From a virus (taxonomy: Duplodnaviria > Caudoviricetes): a stretch of 62,373 bases of DNA. A model generated the notes under the pieces. It was not told the DNA's origin. It was given only the letters and a program-made list of their open reading frames with translations, and did not search any database. Of the stretch, positions 1 to 11,400 are shown piece by piece. Made by a program: the position numbers and the translations under genes. How positions within the stretch are numbered: position 1 is the stretch's first letter; each line of letters opens with the position of its first letter. The stretch covers positions 1-62,373 of IMG/VR virus record IMGVR_UViG_3300008120_000066. One strand, 5' to 3'.

Positions 1-1
1 T

Positions 2-220
2 GAGGCTGGTGGAGCAGAAGCTGGTGGAGCAGAAGCTGGTGGAGCAGAAGCTGGTGGAGCAGAAGCTGGTGGTGCTGAAGGTGGTGGTGCTGAAGGTGGT
101 GGTGCTGAAGGTGGTGGTGCTGAAGGTGGTGGTGGAGAAGGTGGTGGAGGAGGAGAAGGTGGTGGAGGAGAAGGTGGTGGAGGAGAAGGTGGTGGAGGAG
201 AAGGTGGTGGTGGTGGTGGA
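2..220 (+). repeat. 15-bp tandem repeat array (about 14 units)
   Basis: Units grade from GAAGCTGGTGGAGCA to GAAGGTGGTGGTGCT to GAAGGTGGTGGAGGA. Confidence 0.9.
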
Positions 221-223
221 TAA
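2..223 (+). CDS. 3' end of an upstream gene with a Gly/Glu/Ala-rich pentapeptide-repeat tail (partial)
   Basis: The frame starting at base 2 reads (EAGGA)5(EGGGA)3(EGGGG)n and ends at TAA 221-223. It uses GGT/GGA codons like the rest of the genome and lies just before gp25. Confidence 0.75.
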   Translation, partial: EAGGAEAGGAEAGGAEAGGAEAGGAEGGGAEGGGAEGGGAEGGGGEGGGGGEGGGGEGGGGEGGGGEGGGGGG

Positions 224-238
224 ATCTTACAGAAAACG

Positions 239-246
239 AATAAATA
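239..246 (+). promoter_or_regulatory. T4-type late promoter variant (AATAAATA)
   Basis: One mismatch to TATAAATA, just upstream of gp25. gp55 is encoded in the window. Confidence 0.55.
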
Positions 247-252
247 AAAGAT

Positions 253-654
253 ATGGCGACAATTCAAAGAACAACACAAATTTTTAAAGATTTCGATATC
301 GCTTTCGCAGCACATCCTAATACTAAAGATGTTGCTAAAAAAACAAACGCAGAAGCAATAAAACAATCCTTAAAAAATCTATTACTAACTCAATACTATG
401 AAAGACCTTTTCATAGTGAAATAGGATCACCCATAAAGGGATTACTATTTGAATTAGCTACACCTTTATTACAACAAACAATACAAAGAGCAGTAATCGA
501 TACTGTTACCAATTTTGAACCAAGAGTTACCCTTGAGAATGTTTACGTTTTTATGAAAGATGAAACCAATGAAGTTAATATTACGCTTCTCTATGTAATA
601 ACTGGTTTAAACATTTTACAAGAATTAGAACTAACCCTAGAAAGAACAAGGTAA
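253..654 (+). CDS. gp25: Baseplate wedge subunit gp25
   Basis: Motifs AIKQSLKNLLLT..YERPF...GS.I..LLFE and FEPRV; precedes gp6. Confidence 0.93.
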   Translation: MATIQRTTQIFKDFDIAFAAHPNTKDVAKKTNAEAIKQSLKNLLLTQYYERPFHSEIGSPIKGLLFELATPLLQQTIQRAVIDTVTNFEPRVTLENVYVFMKDETNEVNITLLYVITGLNILQELELTLERTR

Positions 655-658
655 TTCG

Positions 659-2425
659 ATGGCAAATACATCTAAACTAAGAGTAACAGAATTAGATTTT
701 GATGATATAAAAAGTAATTTAAAAACTTTTTTACAGTCTCAATCTGAATTTACAGATTATGATTTTGAGGGATCTGCGCTTTCAGTTTTACTTGACCTTT
801 TAGCATATAATACTCATTACAATTCAGTCTATGCAAATCTAGTTGCTAATGAAATGTTTTTAGACAGCGCATCAAAACGTGCGTCTGTTGTTTCATTAGC
901 AAAACATTTTGGATATACACCAACATCAAGAGTATCACCAAGAGCAAATATTAATTTACAGGTTGTTGTTACAGGTTCTCCAACAACATTAACACTTCCG
1001 AAATATACAACATTTACAACTACACTTGATGGAACAGATTATACATTTTATAATCTATCTTCTTTGACAAAAACACCAATCAGCGCTAATACCTTTTTGT
1101 TTGATAGTATTGAGATTGTTGAGGGGACACCATTATCTTATCGCTACACTGTATCTAATAATCAAAGATCTTTTGTTATACCAAATGTAAATGTAGATAT
1201 TACTACATTATATGTAGAAGTTCAAAATAGTGCAACAGATGCTACGAAACATACATATGTTAAAGCAACTGATATGGTATCCGTAACATCAACCGACAAA
1301 GTGTTTTTTGTTGAAGAAACACGAGATGGTCTATTCCAACTTGTGTTTGGAGACGATACTATTGGCAAACAATTAGTAAATGGTAACATCATAACTATTA
1401 CATATTTGTCATCTAATGGAATTACAACAAACAATTGTAATTCGTTTAATTTGGGAACTACTGCTGGTTTCACAGTTAACAGTTATACTATTACTCTTAA
1501 CACAAAAGCAACAGGTGGAAAAGAAAGAGAAAGTATAGAATCTATTAGATTTAATGCTCCCAAGTTCTTTAATACACAAAACAGAGCAGTTACTTCAGAA
1601 GATTACAAAAATATTATTGTTAGAGAATATGGTCAAATAGATGCTATTTCAGTTTGGGGTGGTGATGTAAATGATCCACCAATATATGGTAAAGTTTTTA
1701 TCTGCGCGAAACCAAAAAATGGTTTAAGTCTCAGTGATTCTGATCGTTATTTTATTAGACAGATCTTAAAGAATAAAAATGTTGTTGGTATTACACCAGA
1801 ATTTATTGACCCCGAATATTTGTACATGACAGTGGAAGCTGATACGTATTTTGATCCAGGACAAACATCAACTTCTAGTTCTACTCTACAATCAAATATT
1901 ATTTCAACAATTATTAATTACAGAGATTCTGATCTTGATAATTTTGATAGTATTTTTAGAAAGAGTAAACTGTCTAGATTGATTGATTATACCAACAAAG
2001 CGATTTTAAATAATAACATTAGAACAAAACTCTACAAAATATTGCCAATAAATACTGAATTAGAAGTGGACTATGTGATAAACTTTGTAAATTCTATCAC
2101 AAAAATATACTCATCGTCATTTAGATTAGTTGGTGATTCAGTTGATTATTATATGGAAGATAATGGTCAAGGAACAATGATACGTTATCATTACAACAAC
2201 AATATCAAAGTAATTGATGACTTAGAGTTTGGTTCTATTAACTATAAAACTGGTGTTCTAACAATACCACAGGTTCAATTTTCATTACTAACAGATACAT
2301 GTAAAATTTATGCAGAACAAGAAATACCAGATGTTAATTCTGTTAGAAATCAGATATTAACAATTCTTGAGAGCGATATTACAGTAAACGTAAGTATTGA
2401 TACAAGAAAATCGTTAATAAGGTAA
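659..2425 (+). CDS. gp6: Baseplate wedge subunit gp6
   Basis: Motifs LDFDDIK.NL..FL..Q.EFTDYDFEGS, NEMFLDSA..R.SVVSLAK, QNRAVT.EDY and WGG...PP.YGKVFI. Confidence 0.95.
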   Translation: MANTSKLRVTELDFDDIKSNLKTFLQSQSEFTDYDFEGSALSVLLDLLAYNTHYNSVYANLVANEMFLDSASKRASVVSLAKHFGYTPTSRVSPRANINLQVVVTGSPTTLTLPKYTTFTTTLDGTDYTFYNLSSLTKTPISANTFLFDSIEIVEGTPLSYRYTVSNNQRSFVIPNVNVDITTLYVEVQNSATDATKHTYVKATDMVSVTSTDKVFFVEETRDGLFQLVFGDDTIGKQLVNGNIITITYLSSNGITTNNCNSFNLGTTAGFTVNSYTITLNTKATGGKERESIESIRFNAPKFFNTQNRAVTSEDYKNIIVREYGQIDAISVWGGDVNDPPIYGKVFICAKPKNGLSLSDSDRYFIRQILKNKNVVGITPEFIDPEYLYMTVEADTYFDPGQTSTSSSTLQSNIISTIINYRDSDLDNFDSIFRKSKLSRLIDYTNKAILNNNIRTKLYKILPINTELEVDYVINFVNSITKIYSSSFRLVGDSVDYYMEDNGQGTMIRYHYNNNIKVIDDLEFGSINYKTGVLTIPQVQFSLLTDTCKIYAEQEIPDVNSVRNQILTILESDITVNVSIDTRKSLIR

Positions 2426-2429
2426 CTAG

Positions 2430-5400
2430 ATGGTTGCGAAACAAAAGAATTCATTAGTAGTAAATTTTCAAGCGCCAGAATTTATACGCAGCGATTATGC
2501 GAAATTCATCACATTCCTAAAAAGTTACTACGAATATCTAGAGCAAACAGATAAAACTCTAGATGTTATGAGAAATCTAGATACATATAATGATATTGAT
2601 GAGCAAACTAATTCTCTAATCTTAAGTGTTTTTTATACAGCATTTTTACCAGATTTTCCACAGATATTATCAGCAGATAGAAAGTTTCTACTAAAAAACA
2701 TAGTAGACTTTTATAATTCTAAAGGTTCTAATGAATCTATTAAAGCATTTTTTAGAATTGTTTATGGTGAAGAAATCCAGATCTATCTACCAAAGATTGA
2801 TATTATTAAAGTCGGCGCTGGTATTTGGAAAAAACGATTTAAGATCAAACTTACTGGTATTTCTTCTGGAACAATTTACGAATTGCTTGGCCAAGAAATA
2901 TATCAGATCAGTTCAATAACAGGAAACAAAACTGTAAGAGCAAGAATTGTTGATTATGAGGAACTAACTGGATCTGTAATTATTACTGCAGATAATATTG
3001 TCCTAAACTTCGATAGTTCTATTCCTGTTTATACAACAAGAAATGATACTGGAGCAACAGTAACATTTACTCTAATTAATCAACTTGCTTCTGCAACAGT
3101 CTCCTATGGTGGTTTAAATTATTCATCTGGAGATAATGTTGAAATATCAACAGCCGTATCAAATACAGAAAATATACAAGTAGACAATGTAAGTTATGGT
3201 GTTGTTAGAGATATAATTTTAAACACTAATGGAGACAATTATTCAACATTAGATGAGATTTCATTTGATGACAATTATCTATTTAATCCTTCTGTTAATG
3301 TGTCAACAGCTGATAATACAATTACAATTAGCAGTGGAGTTTCTCTCACAACAGGAGATATTGTTACATATCGTGTAACAGTTGATAATAATAATAATGG
3401 AACAGCAGTTGGTGGATTAGTTGATGATACGAAATATTATATTATCACAGTATCCAACACAATTGTTAAACTAGCTACAACAAAAGAAAATGCTATTAAT
3501 GGTATTAGTATTGATCTTACCACTGTTGGTTCTGGAACAAAACACTATCTTGTTTACGAGTTACCAGGTGTTGTAAAAGCAAAAGCAAAAATTACAAAAA
3601 CATCTAGTGATGATCTGTATGGAGACGTTGCTGATCTTGAGGGTGAATACCCAACAATAGTTGACGATGAGGATAAACTGTTGTTTGAGGATGGTCAAAC
3701 AATTAAAGAAGAACTTGGCGAAACAAATACTTTTAAATCAATAACAAAAAACAAGTATAATACAGATGATGATCGAACTGGAATTTCTACTGGCTCGATT
3801 ACGTCAGACGACTTTGGTATTATGCCAGAAAATCAAGAGAATGATTCAGTTGTTTATACGAGATCATCATATAATGCATCTAATGGATTAATTAGACAGT
3901 TTCTTCCTGCAGTTTCTGATCCAAATAAACAATTTTCTCTTGAGTGGGCGCAGAATAAAGGTATTACTGCTGTTCTACAAGATGAGGAGTTGAGGGTTGG
4001 TTTCGCTTATGAAGATTCCTACGCAGCATCAGGAAGTTATACACCTTCTGATCCAATGACAATTGTTATTGAGTTTCAAAGCAATGAAGATTATAATAAC
4101 TTAGAGAGATATGAACTCGTAAGAACATGGGGAACTACAAGTTATCCAGAAATTAAAAATATTACGAGTTGGGATTATTCAACACCAACACAATATGAAG
4201 ATTTTAATCAGTTTAGTGAATTACAACACATTGGAATATATCCAGAAAGCGCAGCTGTTGTTTCTTATGGAGAAAAAACAGTTTCTCAGAAGGGATTTGA
4301 TCCAAATAACAAACCAATTATTTACATTCGTGAGCGTGTATCTGATGTTGATTCTTCATTTACTACTACACAAAGACCTTGGGAATATAAATTCGTATTT
4401 AAAGAAAACACAAAATCTAATATAAAAATATATGTAAATTCTCAACCAATAAAAACTGAGAATCAACTCATTAAGACAGAAGACAGTGCATTTACTCTGT
4501 TTAATGAGGACAATACATATTTGTTTAAAGAAATTTATACTGATGTTGATACTAAAGCAATAGATCCATCAATTGCTGGTTCTAATGATACATTTACATC
4601 AAATGATCATGGTTTTGTTCAAGGCGATAAAGTAAAATTTACAACCGATGACTCTACATCACATCATAGTAGTGTTGTTCCACCAATGGAATCTTTACTA
4701 AAACAAACAACTATTGGTGTAGCTTATACTGGAAAATTTTCTGATACAATTATTGCTAAATCAACTGGCGCTGATTCAGCTGTAATAACAATCGTAGATG
4801 ATGACACATCATATTATTTAAACAGTAATTATGGTGTCACACCAACAATTACAACAACAGGAACATTGCCTGTTTCTGCTCCTTGGGCAGGAATTGCTAC
4901 AAATGGTTCTGGTCAACTATTGCTTGTTAAGAAATCTAATAGTTCAATAGAAGGTGTTAGCGCATCATATTCCACAGACCCAACAAACGTATACTATACT
5001 GCAACATTATCTTCTACAACTTCTGCTCCAGCTTGGACTGAAGCAACATTACCAATTACAGGTGTATGGGGTAATGTAGAATATGGTAATGGAAACTATG
5101 TTGTTGTTCAGGGAACGGGAAATCCAAGAAAAGAACCAACATACAAATTTGTACCAGGAACACGTGCAGTTTATTCTTCAGATGCGACAAACTGGACACA
5201 AGTTACTCTGCCAATTTCAGACTACTGGACAGATTTAAAATTTGTTAATGGTAGATTTTTCTTATTGCCATATGGTAATATTAGAAATGAATTAAATGGT
5301 TCTGTTTATGAATCTGTTGTTGCAGGAGAAACACTTGAACTAAGAGCGCCTGTTGGTGCTGTGTTTACACGTGTTTTGTTTTCAAGTTATGGTGATCCTA

Positions 5401-8400
5401 CTGGAGCAAATGGTAATTATTATGTTGGAACTGTTGATTCCCCATTATCAATCAGTCAGGTTGAGAAACAGTTCTTAGGAAAAAACTATTCTTCGATTGT
5501 TGCTTCTGATACAATATTTGGAACAACAAATGTGGCTGGTAAAAGACTTTATGTCAAACTAGAATATGCGTACCAAAACCAAACACTTGGTTTGATGTCA
5601 TTTAATGGTTCAATCTGGGATCAAATAACATTTCCATTTAGTAAATGTGCTGATCTTGCTTATGGAAATGGTGTATATGTCCTTACATCATACAACAATA
5701 CAAGCGATTATGCGTACTCATATGATTTAATAAAATGGAAAACAGCAAGATTTCCGATTTCCGACAAAGAATTAAACAATTATGAAAATTTAGATAAGTC
5801 GTTTTGGTCAAGTGTTGTATTTGGTTACGATAAGTTTATTGCAACTTTCAACAGTGATCCTAACAAAGTAGTTAATTCACAAATTAAAAACAAGTTTGCT
5901 GTTTCTTCTGATGGTATTAACTGGGATACCCATACTAACGCAAGTTACGCATCAACAATAACTTCAACAGGATCAGCTTCAACAGGAAAAGGTTATTTTC
6001 TTGGTGGTCTTACGAGAATTCAATCTCCTCTGAATAATACTAGTTATACGGAAATTGATGGCATTAACTTTACTACAGAAGCAGCAATAAATCCAGCTGC
6101 TGCGTTAGTGCAACAAAGGTTTGGGGCATTTTCAACGCAATCAACAACAAAAGGATATGTAGCTGGTGGTGTTTATAATCCTGTCCCTTCATCTCCTGTA
6201 GGTGTGTGGATTAATTCCTTTGAGAATATTACTTTCTCTACGGAATCTGGATCTGCTATGGGTATAACTCTTGCTGCTGGTCGATATCAAGGAGCATCAA
6301 CACAAAATACAACAAGAGCATATTTTCTTGGAGGGAACGCAAGTGGTTCAGTTACATCAGAAGTTGATGGTTTAGTATTTTCATCTGAAACATATGATAA
6401 TCCAGCTTCGACATTAACAAATATTACTTTAAGTAATTCTGGATTAAGTTCAGCTACAAAGGGTTATACTCTTGGTGGTTATAGTCCATCAACTATTATT
6501 GAATCAATAGTATTTTCTAGCGCATCTACTAGTGTTCTTGGTACTGCACTTCCTACCGCAAGGAGCAGCGCAGGCAGTGTACAAAATTTGACAACAAAAG
6601 GATATGTGGGCGGATCAACTTCGCCATTTACTACAAGTATTGTTGGATTTGTTTTTTCGAGCGAATCTGTAACTTCTCAATCTGCTGTTTTGCAAATAGC
6701 ACGCCAAGAGGCTAGTGGTGTTTCTTCCAGCACTAGAGGCTACTTTGGTGGTGGAGTATCTTATGTTACTAGTCCAACAGTATTTACAAATTACGACGAA
6801 ATCGATGGTATTAGATTTGACACAGAATCATCGGTAAATCCATCTGCAGTGTTAACAAGTTCAAGATCATTTGCTTCTGGTGTGTCTTCTCCATCGACAG
6901 ATATTTCAATATCAACTAATTATGTGCCTGAGATAGAGCAATCTATTTATGACCCAACTGGTAAAGTATTTGCTTTCGTTGCTCAGAATAAAAAAAGAAC
7001 AGATGTAACAACTACTACTACTTTTACAAATTATGGTAATGGTTATTTTGGTGGTGGTCTTACTCCATCAACTAGTAGTGAAATTGATGGTATTAATTTT
7101 CAAACAGAAGCATCAGTAAATCCAGCTGCTACACTTGCTACTGCAAGATACATACCAACTGGAATGATGAGTTCAACTATTGGTTATTTCTTTTCGGGGT
7201 GGAGTAGTACTGCTGTATACGAAATTGATGGTATTCGTTTCTCAAACCAAACAGCAGTAAATCCTTCTGCTAGTTCAACTGCTCCAGTTGGTGGTCACAG
7301 TTCAACAACTGGTTCAATGTCGAATGATGGACAGCGTGGCTACATGCATAGTGGTCATATATCTCCACTCAACACTAATATGATACAAAGGTTTGATTTT
7401 CCAACAGAAACAGCTTTTCAACTTGTTGCTACTGCAGCATTACCAAGATACATGGGCGCTGGTGGATACTCTGCAGTAACCAACAAAGGTTATTATATGG
7501 GTGGTTATTCATACACAGCGCATGGTGTACCAGCAGATGGACCAACAACTGAAATTGATGGTTTAGATATGACATCTGAAACAGCAATTAATCCATCAGC
7601 TGTTTTATCTGTTCCTGTTTCTCATAATACGAGTTTAAATTTTACAAATTATGCCGTTGTTGTTTCTGGTTATGGTACTGGGGGAACAACTATAAATGAA
7701 GTAGAAACATTTACATTTGATACTGAAAGTGTAACGAATGTCGCTTGGACAATGCCAGCAGCAAGATTTGGAATAACTGGTGTTCAAAACATAAATTTGA
7801 ATAAAGGATTTATTGCTGGAGCTCAATCACCAGCAGTTCTTTCTTCAATGCTCAATTTTAACAATACAACATTTGTATTTGCTAATATTGCTGCTACTCT
7901 TGCTGCTGCAAGAGGATATATGGGTGGTGTTTCAGAACCAACAAGCACAACATCTTACAGCAATACAAGTTTATTTAACAGCGATAATAGTAGTATTGGT
8001 TTGTTTACGATGAAAGACCAATTGACAAAAAATAAATCGTATCTTGTAAATTATGTTTCATCTTCTCAATTTAAGTTGGCTAAATCAAGAAAAGATTTAA
8101 TTGATGGTGTATATGTTACAACTTCGCCACAAATAACTGACAATACAGGTTATGCAAAATTAATTACTGATCGTATTGACGCTGGTTCTCAAGACTCATT
8201 CACTAAAGCAAGTAAAAATGCGCAATTTAATGTGTATGCTAAGAAACAAACTGCTGGATTTCGTTCTTCGACAATGAAGATTAATCAAAATCCGAATGTA
8301 GCAACATACGATGATACTGAGAAGAGCTTTAAAAATTATACAAGCGATAACAAGTATTACATTTATGAGGCAGTTAATGAATCTACTGAATATCTTGTTA

Positions 8401-11400
8401 TGGAAAGATCTGATATTGAAGGAACAGATCAGGTAAACATTGAGTTAGAGTTAGATAAGAGAAGTGAGACTGAAAAATTGCATTATGTTACGTATCCATA
8501 TCTTGCTTCTGAAACATCAATAGTTTCTAAAGTTCAGGCAAATAATGAAATCGATATTCCAAACTACAGTAAAGTCAGACTGTTTGTTGATAGTTCTGTC
8601 CTTCAATCAGTAAATAGCGTTGAGAGAAATCCAGAAGAACTAATCTATAATGATTATGGTAGTTTTGATTTATCAGAAGATGCTACAGTTTTAAATAAAG
8701 AGAGAGATGAATACTTCAATCTTTCAAATCCTATTGTTTCAGAAACAAGCACAACGAAAACATATCGCAATAACTATAATGTTGTTCCATTTGGGCACGA
8801 GGATAAACCATATGTTGTTGGATTAACACCAGCAACAAATCAATTTTCTAGTGGACCTGGAGAATTTGGTAATACTGGTATTACTTCGTTTGTACAAAAT
8901 ACTAATATACGATTTAATGCTGATGCTGCATTTTTAGACAACACATTTTATACAATAGCAGCGAGTACTGAGCAAGCATACTACGATAATGATCCAAATA
9001 AACCGACAAAAGATGGAAGAACATTCCACACATTCTCATTTAATGTACCAAAAGAAGTCGGTGCGACATTTGATAATCCACTAACTGTTGCGATTAAAAA
9101 TCTTGTGACAAATAGACAAAATAACACAAGCCACAAAACAGTGGATTATGGCGATAAGATTTTGTTGGGAGAAACTGAAAAGTTATCAACAATAGTTCAA
9201 CTTCAAAAGAGACCAATAGAATGGACACCAGTTCTTACAGGAAATGTAAACTGGATTACTACAAATCAAAAAAATCTACGAATTTCAACAACAGGTTTTT
9301 CTGGTCAATCAACTTTCTATCCATACTATGAGCCAATAATTAAAGAAGTAAAAAATAATGATTTAATAAGAACCGTAAGTTCTAGCACTATTCTTAGATA
9401 TAACAACTTACCTTCTTATCTGGCTGGTTTACAAGCAACAAATTCAATTAATGATTCTGACACAGCAGCATTTTATACCAATAATAGAGTTCGTGTTTTC
9501 TTGCTAAGAAATCCAAGTTGGAATGCTGTTGATACTACAACTTGGCTAGCATTAACATTCGAAACAAACAAAAATTATATTGTTGACAATGCTACTGGCA
9601 CATCGCAGGCTATAAGTGTTTTCTACAAAGATTTTGAACCAGGAGGTCCATATACACTTGATAATAATTCTGCAATATATCTTTTCCAAAATTTAGCAGG
9701 TCCAAGTGCTGATAATTCTAAATATGGATTCTATAAACCAGGAACAGGCGATAATGTATGGGATGCGCAGGTGTTTTCTCGTGAGGGATTTATAAGAAAT
9801 GTCTTTGCCAGCGCAAGAATTAATAGAGTTACTGCAAATAGTGAGTGGATGTTTGGTTTAAATTCAGACCCCTCTAATAATGCAAGTTTCGATACAATCG
9901 ATTATTGTTGGTATCCTAACAGTAGTGGTGCTGCTAGCATTTATGAAAGTGGTTCATCTATCGGAACCTTCGGTACGTATACCGCTGGAAGTACATTTGA
10001 GATTACATATGATGGAACAAATGTAATTTACTATCTTGATGGTAATGAAAAAAGAAGGGTTACAAGATCAATAGGAAATCCATTGTTCCTTGATAGTTCT
10101 CTTTACAAGCAATATGGCACTAATACTACTGCTGTTTCAATGTTTGATGTAGATTTTGGTGAATTAAATGTGCCAGTAAGTTTTGATTTACCAAAAGTTC
10201 CAACTGACACAAGTGTTCCAGATGAAATATCTTTAGAAGATAATAGCGCAACAATTGCAGCAGAAACAAATATCTTTGGATTGCATGATGTTGGTGGAAA
10301 TTATTCTAATGTCACACCTTCTCTAGCGATTGAATTTTATTCTCCATCTCTTGCTTTAGATGTTGCTAAAAATGGTTTATCTAATTCAAATTCTAGCTAC
10401 CACATGGTTTATTACTGCGATAAAGCAGAGTATTTGAATGTTTCTACCGACACGCAGAAAACAACATACAAATTTTACAATTGTTGGAGTCCAACGAATT
10501 CAAATACTTTAAATGTAGCATCAACAGTAAACGATTATATTGTAACGATTCGTGATTTAACAAAGAATGATTATATTATTAAAAAGAAAAACGATTTTAT
10601 TAATAAGATAACAACAAATGGACTGTTATATCGTGATGTTTGGGTTTCGAAATCTTCTGACGATTATGGTAAGTATGTTAAATTCTATCCATCCTATGCA
10701 GATTCTGTTGCTGATACAAATATAATTTCGTTATCAACTTTAAATATCGGAACAGCAAAAACTTTTAATCAAACATCATATTCTGGTAACTCAATTGTTG
10801 CTGAAGATCCTAGCGTATCAAAAATTGGACACTCCTATTATGGAGCAATCGAAGAGAACGATATTTTAAGAACCTTCCGCTTTGATCCTAATGTTGATGT
10901 TTCTGCAAATGCGATTACTATTTCAAATCATGGTTTACGAAATGGAGATAGAGTGTTATACCGAGTAGATTTTAATGGTGCAAAAATAACTGGTCTAACA
11001 GATAACACAATTTATAGTGTTATACAGAGAACAGACAATACATTAAAACTCTCAAGCGACGAAACTACAGCAATTACACTTACTGCTTCTGTTGAAACTG
11101 GAAAGAGAAATTATTTGCAAATTTATCCAGAATCTTTAGACTTTGGATCAACTAAAACATTATTTAATACTAAAACTGAATACTCTGTTTCTTCATCAGA
11201 TCTCGTTCCATATTCTATCGCAACAGGACTAATCTCAAACCTTGGAGAAAAGCAATATGTTGTTGAGGGGAGAAATGATATTCTACAGGTCCAAGATACT
11301 ACATTTGCCTTTAAAAATCCAGTAGAATTTAATACTGGAGATTATATTCGTATTGAACTAGGTGGTGGGGATCAATTAAAAGACCATGATGGAACCATAT

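Noticed and set aside
9-287. ORF track call MEQKLVEQKL...
   Set aside because: Off-frame reading of the Gly-rich repeat. The frame starting at base 2 has genome-typical GGT/GGA codons and a clean TAA at 221-223.
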